64,000 bases of DNA. It comes from an uncultured Alphaproteobacteria bacterium (GTDB lineage: Bacteria; Pseudomonadota; Alphaproteobacteria; RF32; CAG-239). Each line of letters begins with the position of its first letter. Position 1 is the first letter of the stretch. The position numbers and the translations under genes were made by a program. The DNA is taken from NCBI GenBank assembly GCA_944393235.1, contig CALXZJ010000005.1, positions 214 through 64,213 of the forward strand, given 5' to 3'. A model generated the notes under the pieces. The model was given only the letters and a program-made list of their open reading frames with translations, was not told the DNA's origin and made no database searches. This document shows positions 31,146 to 44,461 of this stretch, one piece after another.

Positions 31146-32054
31146 TTAAAAATTAAACACACGAATCGGAGAAATTTTCCCCGTTTCAATCTTCACGACG
31201 GCTGTCAAACAATCATCGCACATGGCGGCCGCAACTTTTCCGATAAGGTTTTTAACATCATAGGATTTTGGCGAAACGCTCTGGCCATGCCTTAATTTGA
31301 CAGCATCTTCCGCCGAAACGGCAATCACCGCGATGTCGCGCAGTGATGTCTCAACCGGCAAAAGTAATGATAGTCGTTCTTCTTCATACACCATATTTTT
31401 TAAATTTTCCAGCAAAATCGTATCTGAAAGCGTAAAAATCGCGCATTTTGTGCGCCGCAGGGTTTCCAGATGACCGCAAGAGCCGAGTTTTAAGGCAATA
31501 TCGCGCCCTAAAGAGCGAATGTAAGTGCCTTTGGAGCATTGTACGCGAAAATAAAACGAATCGGCACTTATTTGTTTAAGCAAATCCAAATTGTAAATTT
31601 TTACTTCGCGGGGCGGCATATTGACATCTTCGCCTTTGCGGGCAAGTTTGTAGGCGCGCTCACCGTTGATTTTGACTGCTGAATAAGCCGGTGGAACTTG
31701 TGTGATTGTGCCGGTAAATTGCGGTAGAACGGATAAAATTTGTTCCCTTGAAGGGATAACATCTGAGCGGGCGATGATTTCGCCTTCGGTGTCATCGGTA
31801 TTGGTGGCAGTGCCGAATTTTAAGGTAAATTCATATTCTTTGGCGCCGTCGGTTACATACGGAATGAGCTTGGTCGCCTCACCGAATGCAATCGGCAAAA
31901 CGCCGGTGGCAAAAGGGTCCAGCGTGCCGGCATGTCCGTTTTTGTTAGCGTCAAGCAGCCGACGGGTTTGATTAACCACATCGGTGGAGCCGATACCGGC
32001 CGGTTTGTCAACAATCAGCCAGCCGTTAATGTTTTTGTGTTTGGTACGTTTCAT
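31146..32054 (-). CDS. truB: tRNA pseudouridine(55) synthase TruB
   Basis: [14 protein letters not shown] catalytic Asp motif. 302 aa with a PUA C-terminus. Confidence 0.9.
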   Translation of the reverse strand: MKRTKHKNINGWLIVDKPAGIGSTDVVNQTRRLLDANKNGHAGTLDPFATGVLPIAFGEATKLIPYVTDGAKEYEFTLKFGTATNTDDTEGEIIARSDVIPSREQILSVLPQFTGTITQVPPAYSAVKINGERAYKLARKGEDVNMPPREVKIYNLDLLKQISADSFYFRVQCSKGTYIRSLGRDIALKLGSCGHLETLRRTKCAIFTLSDTILLENLKNMVYEEERLSLLLPVETSLRDIAVIAVSAEDAVKLRHGQSVSPKSYDVKNLIGKVAAAMCDDCLTAVVKIETGKISPIRVFNF

Positions 32055-32171
32055 GTTTTGCTCTTTGCTGTTTTTAGCAAGTATAAAAAGAATTAAGCTT
32101 TGCGCAATAGAAAAATGTTTCAGGTTGGATAATCAATCAAAATAAAAGGCGATCGTTTGAACACAATTTGC

Positions 32172-32207
32172 TATAAAAAAAATCTCCCTTTTCAGGGAGA
32201 TTTGACA
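32172..32207 (-). terminator. ftsH terminator
   Basis: Hairpin atctccct/agggagat with a T-run on the minus strand. Confidence 0.55.
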
Positions 32208-32228
32208 GGAAAAATTATTGCTTTTTTA

Positions 32229-34097
32229 TTATACTTCAGGAACTGAAGCTTTGGTGCGTTTTTCCTCACTGACCGGAGTTTCATTGTTGCGGTCGATTTT
32301 TTCGCCCGCCAACACGGCTTTAATTTCATCACCGGTTAGGGTTTCATATTCAATCAAAGCTTCAGCCAAAGTTTCCCAATCTTTGCGTTTTTCTTTCAAA
32401 ATTTGGGTGGCATTGTGATAGCCATCAAGCACCAGGCGTTTGATTTCGGCATCCACCAGACGCGCTGTTTCATCGCTCATGTTTTTGTTTTGTGTTACGG
32501 AACGACCCAAAAACACTTCGCCGGAATTTTCCGAATATAAAACAGGCCCTAAGGTGTCGCTCATACCCCATTCGGTCACCATGGAACGCGCCAGATTGGT
32601 GGCGGCGTTGATGTCTGCCGAGGCGCCTGAGGTGACTTGATCATAGCCAAATTTTAATTCTTCAGCCACACGACCGCCCATCAAAATGGTCAGTCTGGAA
32701 AGCATTTTTGCGCGGGTGTAAGAATATTGATCTTTTTCCGGCAATTGCTGCACCATACCTAAAGCGCGCCCTCTGGGAATAATCGTTGCTTTATGAATCG
32801 GGTCGGTTTCCTTAACATTAAGCGAGCAAATAGCGTGTCCGGCTTCATGATATGCCGTCAGCATTTTTTCTTTTTCATCCATAGCCATGGATTTACGCTC
32901 GTTGCCCATCAGCACTTTATCTTTAGCCTCATCAAAATCCTGCGCGGTTACTTTGCGCTTGTTTTTGCGTGCTGCCAACAAAGCCGCTTCATTAACCAAA
33001 TTGGCCAAATCAGCGCCGGAAAAACCCGGTGTGCCGCGGGCGACTACCGCTAAATCAACATCTTTTGCCAACGGAACCTTACGGACATGAACTTTCAAGA
33101 TGGCCTCACGACCTTTAATGTCCGGATTGCTGACCGTTACCTGCCTGTCAAAACGACCGGGGCGTAAAAGTGCCGGGTCAAGCACGTCCGGACGGTTGGT
33201 GGCGGCAATCAAAATAACATTTTCATTTTCATCAAAGCCGTCCATTTCTACCAACAGTTGGTTTAAGGTTTGTTCACGTTCATCATTACCACCGCCTAAG
33301 CCGGCACCGCGATGCCGCCCGACGGCGTCAATCTCGTCAATAAACAGCAAGCATGGCGCGTTTTTCTTGGCTTGGGCAAACATATCGCGTACCCGCGATG
33401 CGCCGACACCGACAAACATTTCCACAAAATCCGAACCGGAAATGGAAAAAAACGGCACGTCCGCTTCACCGGCAACGGCTTTTGCCAACAAGGTTTTGCC
33501 GGTGCCCGGAGGGCCGACTAACAAAACACCTTTCGGGATTCTGCCGCCTAAGCGGGAAAATTTTTGTGGATCTTTTAAGAAATCTACAACTTCTTCTAAC
33601 TCTTGTTTGGATTCATCGGCGCCGGCGACATCGGCAAAAGTGACTTTTTTGCTGTTTTCTACCAATCTGGCACGTGATTTGCCAAAGCTCAAAGCTTTGT
33701 TGTTGCCGGAATTAGCCTGCCGCATAAAGAAAATCCAAACGCCGACCAACAACAACATCGGGAACCACGAAATCACGATGCCCCAAAATGTGCTGCCGGA
33801 AGTGTCAATCGGTTTGGCTGTTACCCGAACGTCATTTTGGCGTAAAGTTTCAATCATACTTGGGTCATTAGGGGCATAGGTATAAAATTCCCGCCCATCG
33901 GTTGTTGTGCCGTAAACATCAGGCCCTGAAACCGTTACTTCAACGATTTTTTTGTTTTCAGCCTCATTCATAAAATCAGAAAACGCCAGTGTTTCTACGT
34001 TGGCATTTTGGTGTTTTGAGCCGATTGTGCTTAAAAATGAGGTCAGGACAAAAAAGATTAATATCCAAATAAGAAAATTTCTGCTAAATTTCATCAA
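32229..34097 (-). CDS. ftsH: ATP-dependent zinc metalloprotease FtsH
   Basis: Walker [17 protein letters not shown] zinc motif, two N-terminal TM helices. 622 aa. Confidence 0.95.
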   Translation of the reverse strand: MMKFSRNFLIWILIFFVLTSFLSTIGSKHQNANVETLAFSDFMNEAENKKIVEVTVSGPDVYGTTTDGREFYTYAPNDPSMIETLRQNDVRVTAKPIDTSGSTFWGIVISWFPMLLLVGVWIFFMRQANSGNNKALSFGKSRARLVENSKKVTFADVAGADESKQELEEVVDFLKDPQKFSRLGGRIPKGVLLVGPPGTGKTLLAKAVAGEADVPFFSISGSDFVEMFVGVGASRVRDMFAQAKKNAPCLLFIDEIDAVGRHRGAGLGGGNDEREQTLNQLLVEMDGFDENENVILIAATNRPDVLDPALLRPGRFDRQVTVSNPDIKGREAILKVHVRKVPLAKDVDLAVVARGTPGFSGADLANLVNEAALLAARKNKRKVTAQDFDEAKDKVLMGNERKSMAMDEKEKMLTAYHEAGHAICSLNVKETDPIHKATIIPRGRALGMVQQLPEKDQYSYTRAKMLSRLTILMGGRVAEELKFGYDQVTSGASADINAATNLARSMVTEWGMSDTLGPVLYSENSGEVFLGRSVTQNKNMSDETARLVDAEIKRLVLDGYHNATQILKEKRKDWETLAEALIEYETLTGDEIKAVLAGEKIDRNNETPVSEEKRTKASVPEV

Positions 34098-34190
34098 ATA
34101 AATCCTTTAAGTTTATTTTTCTTTTTTCATATATAAGGTGTTTTGTAAGAAAACTCAAGAGCGTTTGTCGGTTTGCACACTTCAAGATTT

Positions 34191-35108
34191 TTAGCTGTTG
34201 CGCAGCTTGAAAACTCCGTTTTCATAACCTTGAATTGATTTGTTAAAATCTGCTTTTTCCAGCCGGCAAGCAGCGTAGGCTATATATTCTTTTTCGCGTT
34301 CAATTCCGAGATATCGTCGTCCTAATTTTTTAGCGACGACTGCTGTGGTGCCAGATCCTAAAAACGGATCAAAAACCAAATCTCCGGGATTGCTGGAAGC
34401 TAGTATAAGTTTGGCAATAAGTTTTTCCGGTTTTTGTGTCGGGTGCGGCGTGTTTTCCGGCATTGACCAGAATGGAATGGATATGTCTGTCCAGATGTTG
34501 GAAGGTGATGTCAGACGAATCCGTTTGCCTTCTTTGGTTTCCCAGTCTTTAGGCAGACCTTTTGCGTCATGGTATGGTGCTATAACCGGACGCATGATTT
34601 TTACATCGTTAAGATTGAAAGTGTATACATCTGATTTGGTGAAAAACCAAATGTCTTCAAGGCAATTTTTCCAATTGTTCAGGGCTCCGCGGCCTTTTTC
34701 ACGTTCCCAAGATATCCGATTTTGCAAAATAAAATATTTTCCGGCAATTTCAGGAATAGCTAAAGATGTTTTCCAATCAGAACAAATATAAATGCTGGCA
34801 TTGTTTTTTAATAATCGAACGGTCTTTTTCAGCCATTTATCAAGCCATTTTTGATATTGTTTGAAATCCATAGCCTTGAATTGTTTTGCGCCAAAATTTT
34901 TGGTCAGGTTATATGGCGGATCAACAATCATTAAATCAATGCAACTGTCCGGCAAATAGTTTAATGCGCGGAAAGTATCTTGCCATACAAGCTTATTTGC
35001 AATATCTTGCTCTTTTAACGGTGCAGAAAGTTTTGATGCTTGTGCTGCATAATGATTTATTTGTCGGGAAGTTAGTTCCAGAGTTTGATTGCGCGGAGCT
35101 TTGGCCAC
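34191..35108 (-). CDS. Orphan DNA methyltransferase (beta-class N6A/N4C MTase, YhdJ-like)
   Basis: Motif IV DPPY (LMIVDPPYNL) precedes motif I FDPFLGSGTT. The HPTQKPEKL block is very close to E. coli YhdJ as I recall it. No adjacent restriction enzyme. Confidence 0.8.
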   Translation of the reverse strand: MAKAPRNQTLELTSRQINHYAAQASKLSAPLKEQDIANKLVWQDTFRALNYLPDSCIDLMIVDPPYNLTKNFGAKQFKAMDFKQYQKWLDKWLKKTVRLLKNNASIYICSDWKTSLAIPEIAGKYFILQNRISWEREKGRGALNNWKNCLEDIWFFTKSDVYTFNLNDVKIMRPVIAPYHDAKGLPKDWETKEGKRIRLTSPSNIWTDISIPFWSMPENTPHPTQKPEKLIAKLILASSNPGDLVFDPFLGSGTTAVVAKKLGRRYLGIEREKEYIAYAACRLEKADFNKSIQGYENGVFKLRNS

Positions 35109-35113
35109 GGCGA

Positions 35114-35428
35114 CTAATCCTCTCCAAACTTACAGTTAACTAAATTGGCAATGGCCTTTAGAGCATCTTCCGCTTGAGGCCCGCTGGCATTGACGCGAAT
35201 GGTGGTGCCTTTTGCGGCAGCCAGCATCATTAACCCCATAATGGAACAGCCGCTAACTGATTGCCCAATGCGCTCTACTTGCACGTCAGCATTGAATTGT
35301 TCAACGCATTTAACGAACGCTGCTGCTGCACGTGCATGCAAACCTTTTTGATTTTGAATTTGTAAATCAGCTGAAAAAGTTTTTTTAGTATTTTCTGATG
35401 ACGCTGCTTTTGTTTTTTTTTCGTTCAT
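35114..35428 (-). CDS. Phosphocarrier protein HPr/NPr-like (with an N-terminal extension)
   Basis: Active-site GLHARAAA (the His15 equivalent). 104-aa ORF; start codon uncertain. Confidence 0.7.
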   Translation of the reverse strand: MNEKKTKAASSENTKKTFSADLQIQNQKGLHARAAAAFVKCVEQFNADVQVERIGQSVSGCSIMGLMMLAAAKGTTIRVNASGPQAEDALKAIANLVNCKFGED

Positions 35429-35429
35429 T

Positions 35430-35828
35430 TTATTGTCCTAACAGCTGAGAAGCGATGTTAATATATTTTTTTCCGGCTTCTTGTGCGCCTAAAACACTTT
35501 CTTTTAGAGAACATTCCTTTCTTAAAGCTGCCAGCTTGATTAACATCGGCAGATTGGCGCCGGCTAAAATTTCAACGTTTGCTTTATCCATAATGGAAAT
35601 TGCTAAATTAGACGGGGTTCCCCCAAACATGTCAGTTAAAACAATAACACCCGTGCCGCCATCTACTTGTTGTACTTTATCTAAAATTTCGCTTCGGCGT
35701 TTTTCCATATCATCTTCCGGGCCAATGCACACAGCGGCTATTTGTTGCTGCGGGCCGACAACGTGTTGCATTGCCGATAAAAATTCTTCAGCTAAGCGAC
35801 CATGTGTTACTAATACTAACCCTATCAT
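35430..35828 (-). CDS. PTS EIIA component, mannose/fructose family
   Basis: GLVLVTHG phospho-His motif at the N-terminus. About 132 aa. Confidence 0.7.
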   Translation of the reverse strand: MIGLVLVTHGRLAEEFLSAMQHVVGPQQQIAAVCIGPEDDMEKRRSEILDKVQQVDGGTGVIVLTDMFGGTPSNLAISIMDKANVEILAGANLPMLIKLAALRKECSLKESVLGAQEAGKKYINIASQLLGQ

Positions 35829-36271
35829 GCTTTTTTCCCGCCTGTCCAAGATTTTACGGCGCCAAAGGCTTTTATGACTTCATCACGGCTTTTAGCCTTA
35901 ACAAGTTCGTTAGCGCGGGTTTGACGGCCGTTAAAGACGATTTCTTCAACGTTGTCGACGGGAACGCCATAGACACGTTCAACAATGTCGCCGCTTAGTT
36001 CAACAATCATCACAAATTCAGATTCCGCTAAAACATTTTTGGTTTCCGAATCGATGTTATCCAAGCGAACGGCTAACCATTTGTCGCGTTTTAGCAAGGC
36101 TGTTTTTTTGCCGTCAAACTCTAATACGGGTTCAGCCGGCGTGCCGGCACGAGCATCAATGAAAATGGCTAATTCGCCGTATTTGTTTTCAATGATTTCA
36201 TAAAAATCTTGTTTTTCAATGAGGGTGTAATATTGGTTTTCCATAATTTTCCTCTGTTGGGTTGGTGTCAA
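35825..36271 (-). CDS. Hypothetical protein (148 aa) upstream of the PTS genes
   Basis: Intact ORF with the same orientation as the operon. No recognisable motif. Confidence 0.4.
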   Translation of the reverse strand: MTPTQQRKIMENQYYTLIEKQDFYEIIENKYGELAIFIDARAGTPAEPVLEFDGKKTALLKRDKWLAVRLDNIDSETKNVLAESEFVMIVELSGDIVERVYGVPVDNVEEIVFNGRQTRANELVKAKSRDEVIKAFGAVKSWTGGKKA

Positions 36272-36322
36272 TTTGTTTTATAATAGTACATGTGTTTTAA
36301 GCTGTCAATTTAGACTTGCAAA

Positions 36323-37219
36323 TTATCGGCTTAAATCCGTGCCGTTGCGGTTTAAACCATTTTTACGATTTGCAGAAGACGCTTTCTTTTCTTTGTCGTT
36401 TTGCGGCTTGAAATGTTTGAGCTCCATATTTTCTTTACCTTCTTGCAGCCGTTTTTTGCGTTTTTTTATGTCTTGACCGGATTTTTCTAAAATTAATTCA
36501 GCCAATTTAATTTCATCCAGTTTTTCTTCTCCTGCTTTGACAATATCGCGCATGTCCAGATTTTTGGCGGCTTCTTTCCCGCCCAGTTGTTCTACTTTTT
36601 TAATGCCGCGCGCTGCTTCAAGGATTTTTCCTTTTTCTATATCGCCTTTAATTCCAAGTTTTCCGGAAATTTCTTTACGGATTATTTTTTCCTGCATTTG
36701 TTCAGGGCGGAAGGTTGCTTCTTGCATGCCGGTTTGCAGAGCTTTGCGGCTGATGTTTTGTAAGCCAGCTTCGCGCGCAAGGTTGTTTGCTATGTGTAAA
36801 GCTTCCATTTTCCCGGCAGTTTGCTGCATTTGGGTGTTCTCTATGGTGGTCTTTTGCCAGTAGAGTTTTTTTTCTTCTTCAGTTAGGGCGTTTAAAAGAG
36901 GGTTTTCATCTTCTTGTATGAATGGTAAAGGCGCAAAAATTGTGTCATTTTCGTCTTCGTCTTCATCTTCGTCATAAACTTCGCGTATTTTTTTGCGCAG
37001 TTTTTTTAGACCTAAAGAGAGATTTTCCGGTCGCGGCGCTTTGGTCAAATTTTTGTTTTTGCGGGTGCGATATTTTTCGGTTTCTTTGATGTCAATGTTT
37101 GAAGACACGCGTTCCAAATTATCGACACCGGATTTTTTCCAATCGAAAACCGTTTCTTGATTATCGTCAAAATCATCGTCTTTGTTATTCACAGGCGCCT
37201 CTTTGTTTTTTTTTACCAT
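36323..37219 (-). CDS. Highly charged (Lys/Glu/Asp-rich) hypothetical protein
   Basis: 298 aa with acidic and basic low-complexity tracts. Confidence 0.4.
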   Translation of the reverse strand: MVKKNKEAPVNNKDDDFDDNQETVFDWKKSGVDNLERVSSNIDIKETEKYRTRKNKNLTKAPRPENLSLGLKKLRKKIREVYDEDEDEDENDTIFAPLPFIQEDENPLLNALTEEEKKLYWQKTTIENTQMQQTAGKMEALHIANNLAREAGLQNISRKALQTGMQEATFRPEQMQEKIIRKEISGKLGIKGDIEKGKILEAARGIKKVEQLGGKEAAKNLDMRDIVKAGEEKLDEIKLAELILEKSGQDIKKRKKRLQEGKENMELKHFKPQNDKEKKASSANRKNGLNRNGTDLSR

Positions 37220-37255
37220 AATTAACTATGCCACAACAACTTTAGATTGTCAAAG

Positions 37256-38905
37256 TTAAATTATGGTATATGTAATCATAAGAGATCCGTCCGACAAGAT
37301 GACCGGAATGGCTTCAATTCGTAATTTATCGTCTCTTTCCAACTGGAACCGGGAGCAAATGTTTAAGATATGTCCAAGCATGTTTTGTTTTAGAGTGTTC
37401 CAATCGTTTGATTTGTTGAAAAACGGTTTTTGCATTTCTAAAATTTCAGAAATGTTAGGTAGGTTTTGTAGTTCAATATCGGCAGCTTTCCATAATTTTT
37501 TATAACTCCGATTAAAGTATTTTAAGCGCTGATCTGCGCCAAAGACAACAACGGCATCGCGAATATTGTCTAAAAGGTTTTGTTGTACGGTGTATAATTC
37601 GTTAATCATGCGGGTTGCCGCCAAACGGTCAGAAACATCTTCAAAGGCAAAAATCAGCCCATTAGGGTAGGGGGCTACAATTCTGCGAAATGTTCGTCCG
37701 TCGGGGATATGCATTAAATTTTCCCGCGATTCAATCAGGCTGCCGAAAAGGCGTTCTTCTTCAGTTTTATAAGACCTGAAGTCGCTGACCTCAGGAAGAA
37801 GCCGGCTATCACGGATTTTATCTAAAAATTCAGCATAGGAAGGGCTGTTGTCTAAAAATTCGGCATTCAGGTTCCATAAGTTTTGAAAAGATTTGTTATA
37901 AAAAACAAGTTTTTGCCGTAAGTCAAAGATGGCAAAGGCCGTGCCTAGTGCGGCTAATACGTCGAGATGTGCGTTTTGATGGATTTTGAAAATTCGTTTG
38001 ACAGAATCGAGTTCTGTTGTATCAGCCAGTGTTCCTAAGGTATAAATTTTATTGAGGTTTCCATCGGCGTGGAAAGGTATTTCGGAAATTTCAAAGTGTT
38101 TTGCTTCACCGTTGAGAGCTAAGTTGATGTTGCTTTTTTGAGGTTTGTTTGTTTGTCTGGCGGTTTCAGCCAATTCGCGGGAAATGTTTTCTAAAGATGC
38201 GGCGTTGGTTTCGTTTGGGTTGTTTTTTTGAGAATCGTTGACAGGAGCGGTTAGATCTGAATATTTTTTATTGGCAAGAATAATGGTTAAATTTTCATCA
38301 CGCAACCAAACGGGGGCGGTAAAATTGTTTAACAAATCTTCCAACCGGTGTATTTTTTGCAAGTATTGTGATTTTTCGCTTTCAAGTTCTTTTATCTTTA
38401 GCATTTCGGCACTTAAATCACGAAACCACAACATGTCACAATATAAATTTCCGTCAGCTCCGTTTATGCGTCCGCCAAAAACACGCACGCTTCTTTCTGA
38501 GTTTTTTAAGGCAAAAATATCTTCAAACGGAAGGTTTTCTTCTTGCATCAATGTTAGGTATTTACGGATTTTTTTGGCATCGTCTTTATAAAAGCAATCT
38601 AAAACATCGTCAAAATTTGATTGGACTCCGTTTAATAAATTAAGCATAACCGCCAGTCGGCGCGAACAACGTTCCCGAACGGTGCGGCGGGGGTCATGAA
38701 TGCGTTCGTCAGGATAGATGAAAGCAAAATAGCCGTCTTTTGAAGCATAAAGAGTTTCGGCATAGCGTTCGCGATCGCGGTTTAAAAAATAATTTTTTTG
38801 CTTTAGCCGGGCTATCGTTATTTGAAAAGATATTAATAAAGCAACTAATATTATGCTGCCGGCTAAGCAGAAATAAAGCAAATCTCTTAATAAATCATTG
38901 TCCAT
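37256..38905 (-). CDS. Membrane-anchored multi-PAS sensor protein without a recognisable output domain
   Basis: N-terminal TM helix followed by repeated PAS-like segments. No H-box or ATPase motifs before the stop. Confidence 0.5.
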   Translation of the reverse strand: MDNDLLRDLLYFCLAGSIILVALLISFQITIARLKQKNYFLNRDRERYAETLYASKDGYFAFIYPDERIHDPRRTVRERCSRRLAVMLNLLNGVQSNFDDVLDCFYKDDAKKIRKYLTLMQEENLPFEDIFALKNSERSVRVFGGRINGADGNLYCDMLWFRDLSAEMLKIKELESEKSQYLQKIHRLEDLLNNFTAPVWLRDENLTIILANKKYSDLTAPVNDSQKNNPNETNAASLENISRELAETARQTNKPQKSNINLALNGEAKHFEISEIPFHADGNLNKIYTLGTLADTTELDSVKRIFKIHQNAHLDVLAALGTAFAIFDLRQKLVFYNKSFQNLWNLNAEFLDNSPSYAEFLDKIRDSRLLPEVSDFRSYKTEEERLFGSLIESRENLMHIPDGRTFRRIVAPYPNGLIFAFEDVSDRLAATRMINELYTVQQNLLDNIRDAVVVFGADQRLKYFNRSYKKLWKAADIELQNLPNISEILEMQKPFFNKSNDWNTLKQNMLGHILNICSRFQLERDDKLRIEAIPVILSDGSLMITYTII

Positions 38906-39003
38906 GTCAGTGTCTCAGATTAATTGAAATAATGGTTGTTTGTTTATAGATTCTATATTATAAAAGAGAATACGCAATTTAATTTTTTTTAGTGGTTGAT
39001 AAA

Positions 39004-39660
39004 ATGTATACATTGGCTTTTGATACGACGGTTGGTTTTTGCTCAATAGCTTTGTTTGCAGGTCAAAATAAAGTTTGCTCTTTTGAAAAGGAAATGACAT
39101 TCGGGCAAGCAGAAACTTTAATGCCAGAGATTGATCGGATGTTGAAAGAACAACATTTGACGTTTGAAAATTTAGAAGAGATTGTTGTTTGTACAGGTCC
39201 CGGTTCTTTTACCGGCGTACGTTCGTCTGTCGCTGCAGCGAGGGCTTTTGCTTTGGCTTGCCCGCAAGTGGCAGTTTGCGGTGTTTCGGCTTTTGATGCT
39301 TATGCTGCTGATTTGGCGCCGGAAGATTTGGCAGAAGTTAATGTTGTTTTGATTGAAACTAAACGTGAAGATTATTATGTACAATATTATGATCGGCATC
39401 TTAACAAACAAGAACCGCCGACCACGGCGTTTTATGAAGATATTGTGCACAAATTACAAGGTAAGCATGTCACGCTTTCAGGCGATGGTGTTGAACGTTT
39501 TTTGAGCCGTCCGAGCGGTTTGAGCTTGCATTGTGTGAAAATGCCTTTAAATCCGCCTATTGACAAATTGGCGCTTATAGGCATAAATAAACATCAAAAC
39601 AAAAGCATGGATTTTCCTAAGCCATTGTATTTAAAAGCTCCAGATGTCTGTGTAAAATAA
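39004..39660 (+). CDS. tsaB: tRNA threonylcarbamoyladenosine biosynthesis protein TsaB (YeaZ)
   Basis: [17 protein letters not shown]...[20 protein letters not shown]. Confidence 0.8.
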   Translation: MYTLAFDTTVGFCSIALFAGQNKVCSFEKEMTFGQAETLMPEIDRMLKEQHLTFENLEEIVVCTGPGSFTGVRSSVAAARAFALACPQVAVCGVSAFDAYAADLAPEDLAEVNVVLIETKREDYYVQYYDRHLNKQEPPTTAFYEDIVHKLQGKHVTLSGDGVERFLSRPSGLSLHCVKMPLNPPIDKLALIGINKHQNKSMDFPKPLYLKAPDVCVK

Positions 39661-39745
39661 AAATAATGGTGGAAATGTCTATAAAATAAAGGTATTCCTT
39701 TCAAGGAAGAAATGGTTTAACAATAAATTTAGATACGAGGGAAAA

Positions 39746-40027
39746 GTGACTAAGTCAGAATTGATTGAAAAAATTGCAGAGAAAAATCCAAATCTTATGT
39801 TGAGAGACGTGGAACGAATCGTCAATGTCGTTTTGGAAAAAATAATTGCATCTTTAGCCAGTGGTGATCGGGTTGAATTTCGCGGCTTTGGTGCTTTTTC
39901 AGTACGCAAACGTGCGCCGCGGGTTGCTAAAAATCCACGTACCGGTGATAAGGTTGAAGTCGAGGAACGCAATATTGCCCATTTTAAAACCGGCAAAGAG
40001 CTGCATGAAATGCTGAACGGAAAATAG
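39746..40027 (+). CDS. ihfB: Integration host factor subunit beta
   Basis: 93 aa. [11 protein letters not shown]...[28 protein letters not shown]. Confidence 0.9.
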   Translation: MTKSELIEKIAEKNPNLMLRDVERIVNVVLEKIIASLASGDRVEFRGFGAFSVRKRAPRVAKNPRTGDKVEVEERNIAHFKTGKELHEMLNGK

Positions 40028-40092
40028 TATCGGCACTTGTCAGAAGGTTTTGTGTCAATAGAAACCGTGTTGAAAAATAAGGAGGGCTGAAA

Positions 40093-40488
40093 ATGAATTT
40101 TATCAGACGATTAATAGGAATTCCGCTTATTATTGTTGTGGTTATTTTTGCGGTAATCAACAATGATTTTGCAACGTTTACCTTAAAACCTTTTAATTTA
40201 GACATTACGGTTTCTTTAAGCGTTTTGATTTTGGTGCTGTTTTTTGCAGGTTATTTATTGGGACGTTTGGATGCTTTTGTTTCAAACGCACCGCTTAGAG
40301 CTCAATTGAGATATCAAAAAAAGACCAACAAAGCCTTGAATAAAGAACATGAAAAACTGCATGAGAAAGTTTCTAATCTGCAAGAGAACCTTGAAACACT
40401 AAAGCAAAAAGAGAATCAAACAACTGCAGAGCCTTTTAGGCAAAAGGTGGAAAATTTTTTCTCGTTTAAAAAACATAATGAAGAATAG
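40093..40488 (+). CDS. LapA (YciS)-like inner membrane protein
   Basis: Two N-terminal TMs and a coiled-coil C-terminus. Sits directly after ihfB, as in enterobacteria. Confidence 0.55.
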   Translation: MNFIRRLIGIPLIIVVVIFAVINNDFATFTLKPFNLDITVSLSVLILVLFFAGYLLGRLDAFVSNAPLRAQLRYQKKTNKALNKEHEKLHEKVSNLQENLETLKQKENQTTAEPFRQKVENFFSFKKHNEE

Positions 40489-40500
40489 GTGATATTTAAT

Positions 40501-41364
40501 ATGAATTGGTTTACAGATATTGTTCGCCCGAAAATTCAGAAAACGACTCCAAAAGAAATTGCAGATAATTTGTGGGTGAAGTGTCCGGTCTGCAATCAGA
40601 TGCTGTTTTCTAAAGAACTGAAAAAATCAATGTATGTCTGCACGTCTTGCGGGCATCACCTGCGTTTGTATGTTGATAAACGCTTAAAGATGTTGTTTGA
40701 TAATGAAAAATATACCGAGATTGTGTTGCCCGAAACAATTGATGATCCATTAAAGTTTAAAGACACGCAAAAATATACTGATCGGTTAAAAACTTATCGC
40801 AGAACGACAGGTAATGAAGATGCTATTAAAGTGGCTATCGGTAAAATCGGCGGTGTTGATGCTGTTTTGGCGGTTATGGATTTTTCTTTTATGGGTGGTT
40901 CAATGGGGACGGCTGTCGGTGAAGGAATTGTTGCAGCTGCCGAATTAGCTTTAAAGAAAAAAATTCCTTTGATTACGGTATCTTCTTCCGGCGGTGCTCG
41001 TATGCAGGAGGGCATTTTGTCTTTGATGCAGATGGCTCGTACAACGGCGGCAGTTAATCAGTTGAAAGAACGCGGGATTCCTTTTGTTTCTATTTTGGCA
41101 GATCCTACGACGGGAGGTGTTTCTGCCTCTTTTGCCATGCTGGGTGATGTTAATATGGCAGAAAAAGGTTGTTTGATTGGTTTTGCCGGACGCCGTGTTA
41201 TTGAACAAACTATCCGTGAAAAATTGCCGGATGATTTTCAACGTGCTGAATATTTGCAAAAGCATGGTATGGTTGATTTGGTCGTTGATCGTGTTCATAT
41301 GAAAGAAGAACTGGTTAAGGTTTTGACTATTCTGACCAACAAAAACCGCCAACCTGTTGCTTAA
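40501..41364 (+). CDS. accD: Acetyl-CoA carboxylase carboxyltransferase beta subunit
   Basis: Zn-finger CPVCNQ...CTSCGHH and a carboxyltransferase domain. Confidence 0.9.
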   Translation: MNWFTDIVRPKIQKTTPKEIADNLWVKCPVCNQMLFSKELKKSMYVCTSCGHHLRLYVDKRLKMLFDNEKYTEIVLPETIDDPLKFKDTQKYTDRLKTYRRTTGNEDAIKVAIGKIGGVDAVLAVMDFSFMGGSMGTAVGEGIVAAAELALKKKIPLITVSSSGGARMQEGILSLMQMARTTAAVNQLKERGIPFVSILADPTTGGVSASFAMLGDVNMAEKGCLIGFAGRRVIEQTIREKLPDDFQRAEYLQKHGMVDLVVDRVHMKEELVKVLTILTNKNRQPVA

Positions 41365-41478
41365 AATAGGGAAATGTTTTGTTCTCTGCTTTTTTGTGCA
41401 AAATTTATCTATATCAATGAAATTTTATGGTTGCGAGATTGTTAAATCCGTTGATATCTTTTATTTTGCGCTTGGTAA

Positions 41479-43977
<2,499 letters not shown>

Positions 43978-43987
43978 GTTTTTGTCA

Positions 43988-44020
43988 TCTGGAATCCCCG
44001 CGTTCAACGCGGGGATTATG
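43988..44020 (+). terminator. gyrB terminator
   Basis: Hairpin aatccccgcg-ttcaa-cgcggggatt followed by T. Confidence 0.55.
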
Positions 44021-44032
44021 CTATCTATAAGT

Positions 44033-44300
44033 TTTTGCGATTTTAAAGAGTCCGGTGGGGATAACTTTCTACTTATTATTTACTGTCATGCCTCCGAGGT
44101 GTTGGAACAACACTGAGGATAAGGCATCTCTTCCCATACATGCAACAGACGCCTAACCTCGAGTGCTAAAGCACTCTCAGGGCGTGACGGAGAGGAATGA
44201 ACTGGCAGACGCCTCAACCGCCGCACTAATGTGCGGCGGTGGCGGGCGGAAAGAAGAGAATTGCACGGTGGTGTGATGGGAAGCTTGCATCACGGAGTGA
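44033..44300. repeat. Intergenic repeat element, copy 2
   Basis: Same conserved blocks as copy 1, including the identical 41-nt nested hairpin agacgcctaacctcgagtgctaaagcactctcagggcgtgac. Confidence 0.55.
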
Positions 44301-44461
44301 TAGAGAGAGGAATAACGCAACGGAAGCGTGAGAAGAGGGTAAAAAGGCATGTTTAAGTGATGTGGATGAGGTTGGAGAATGTGCAGAATGCCAAAATCCA
44401 ACATTTCATTTTAGGTATTTTTAACCTTTCTCTGTCATTGTTCTTTTTTGGGAGATAAAAC

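Noticed and set aside
33100-33879. 259-aa ORF antisense to ftsH
   Set aside because: Shadow ORF inside ftsH with a Ser/Pro-rich nonsense translation.
44177-44404. 75-aa ORF (minus strand) inside repeat copy 2
   Set aside because: Lies entirely within the repetitive non-coding element. No RBS, and a Pro/His-rich translation.
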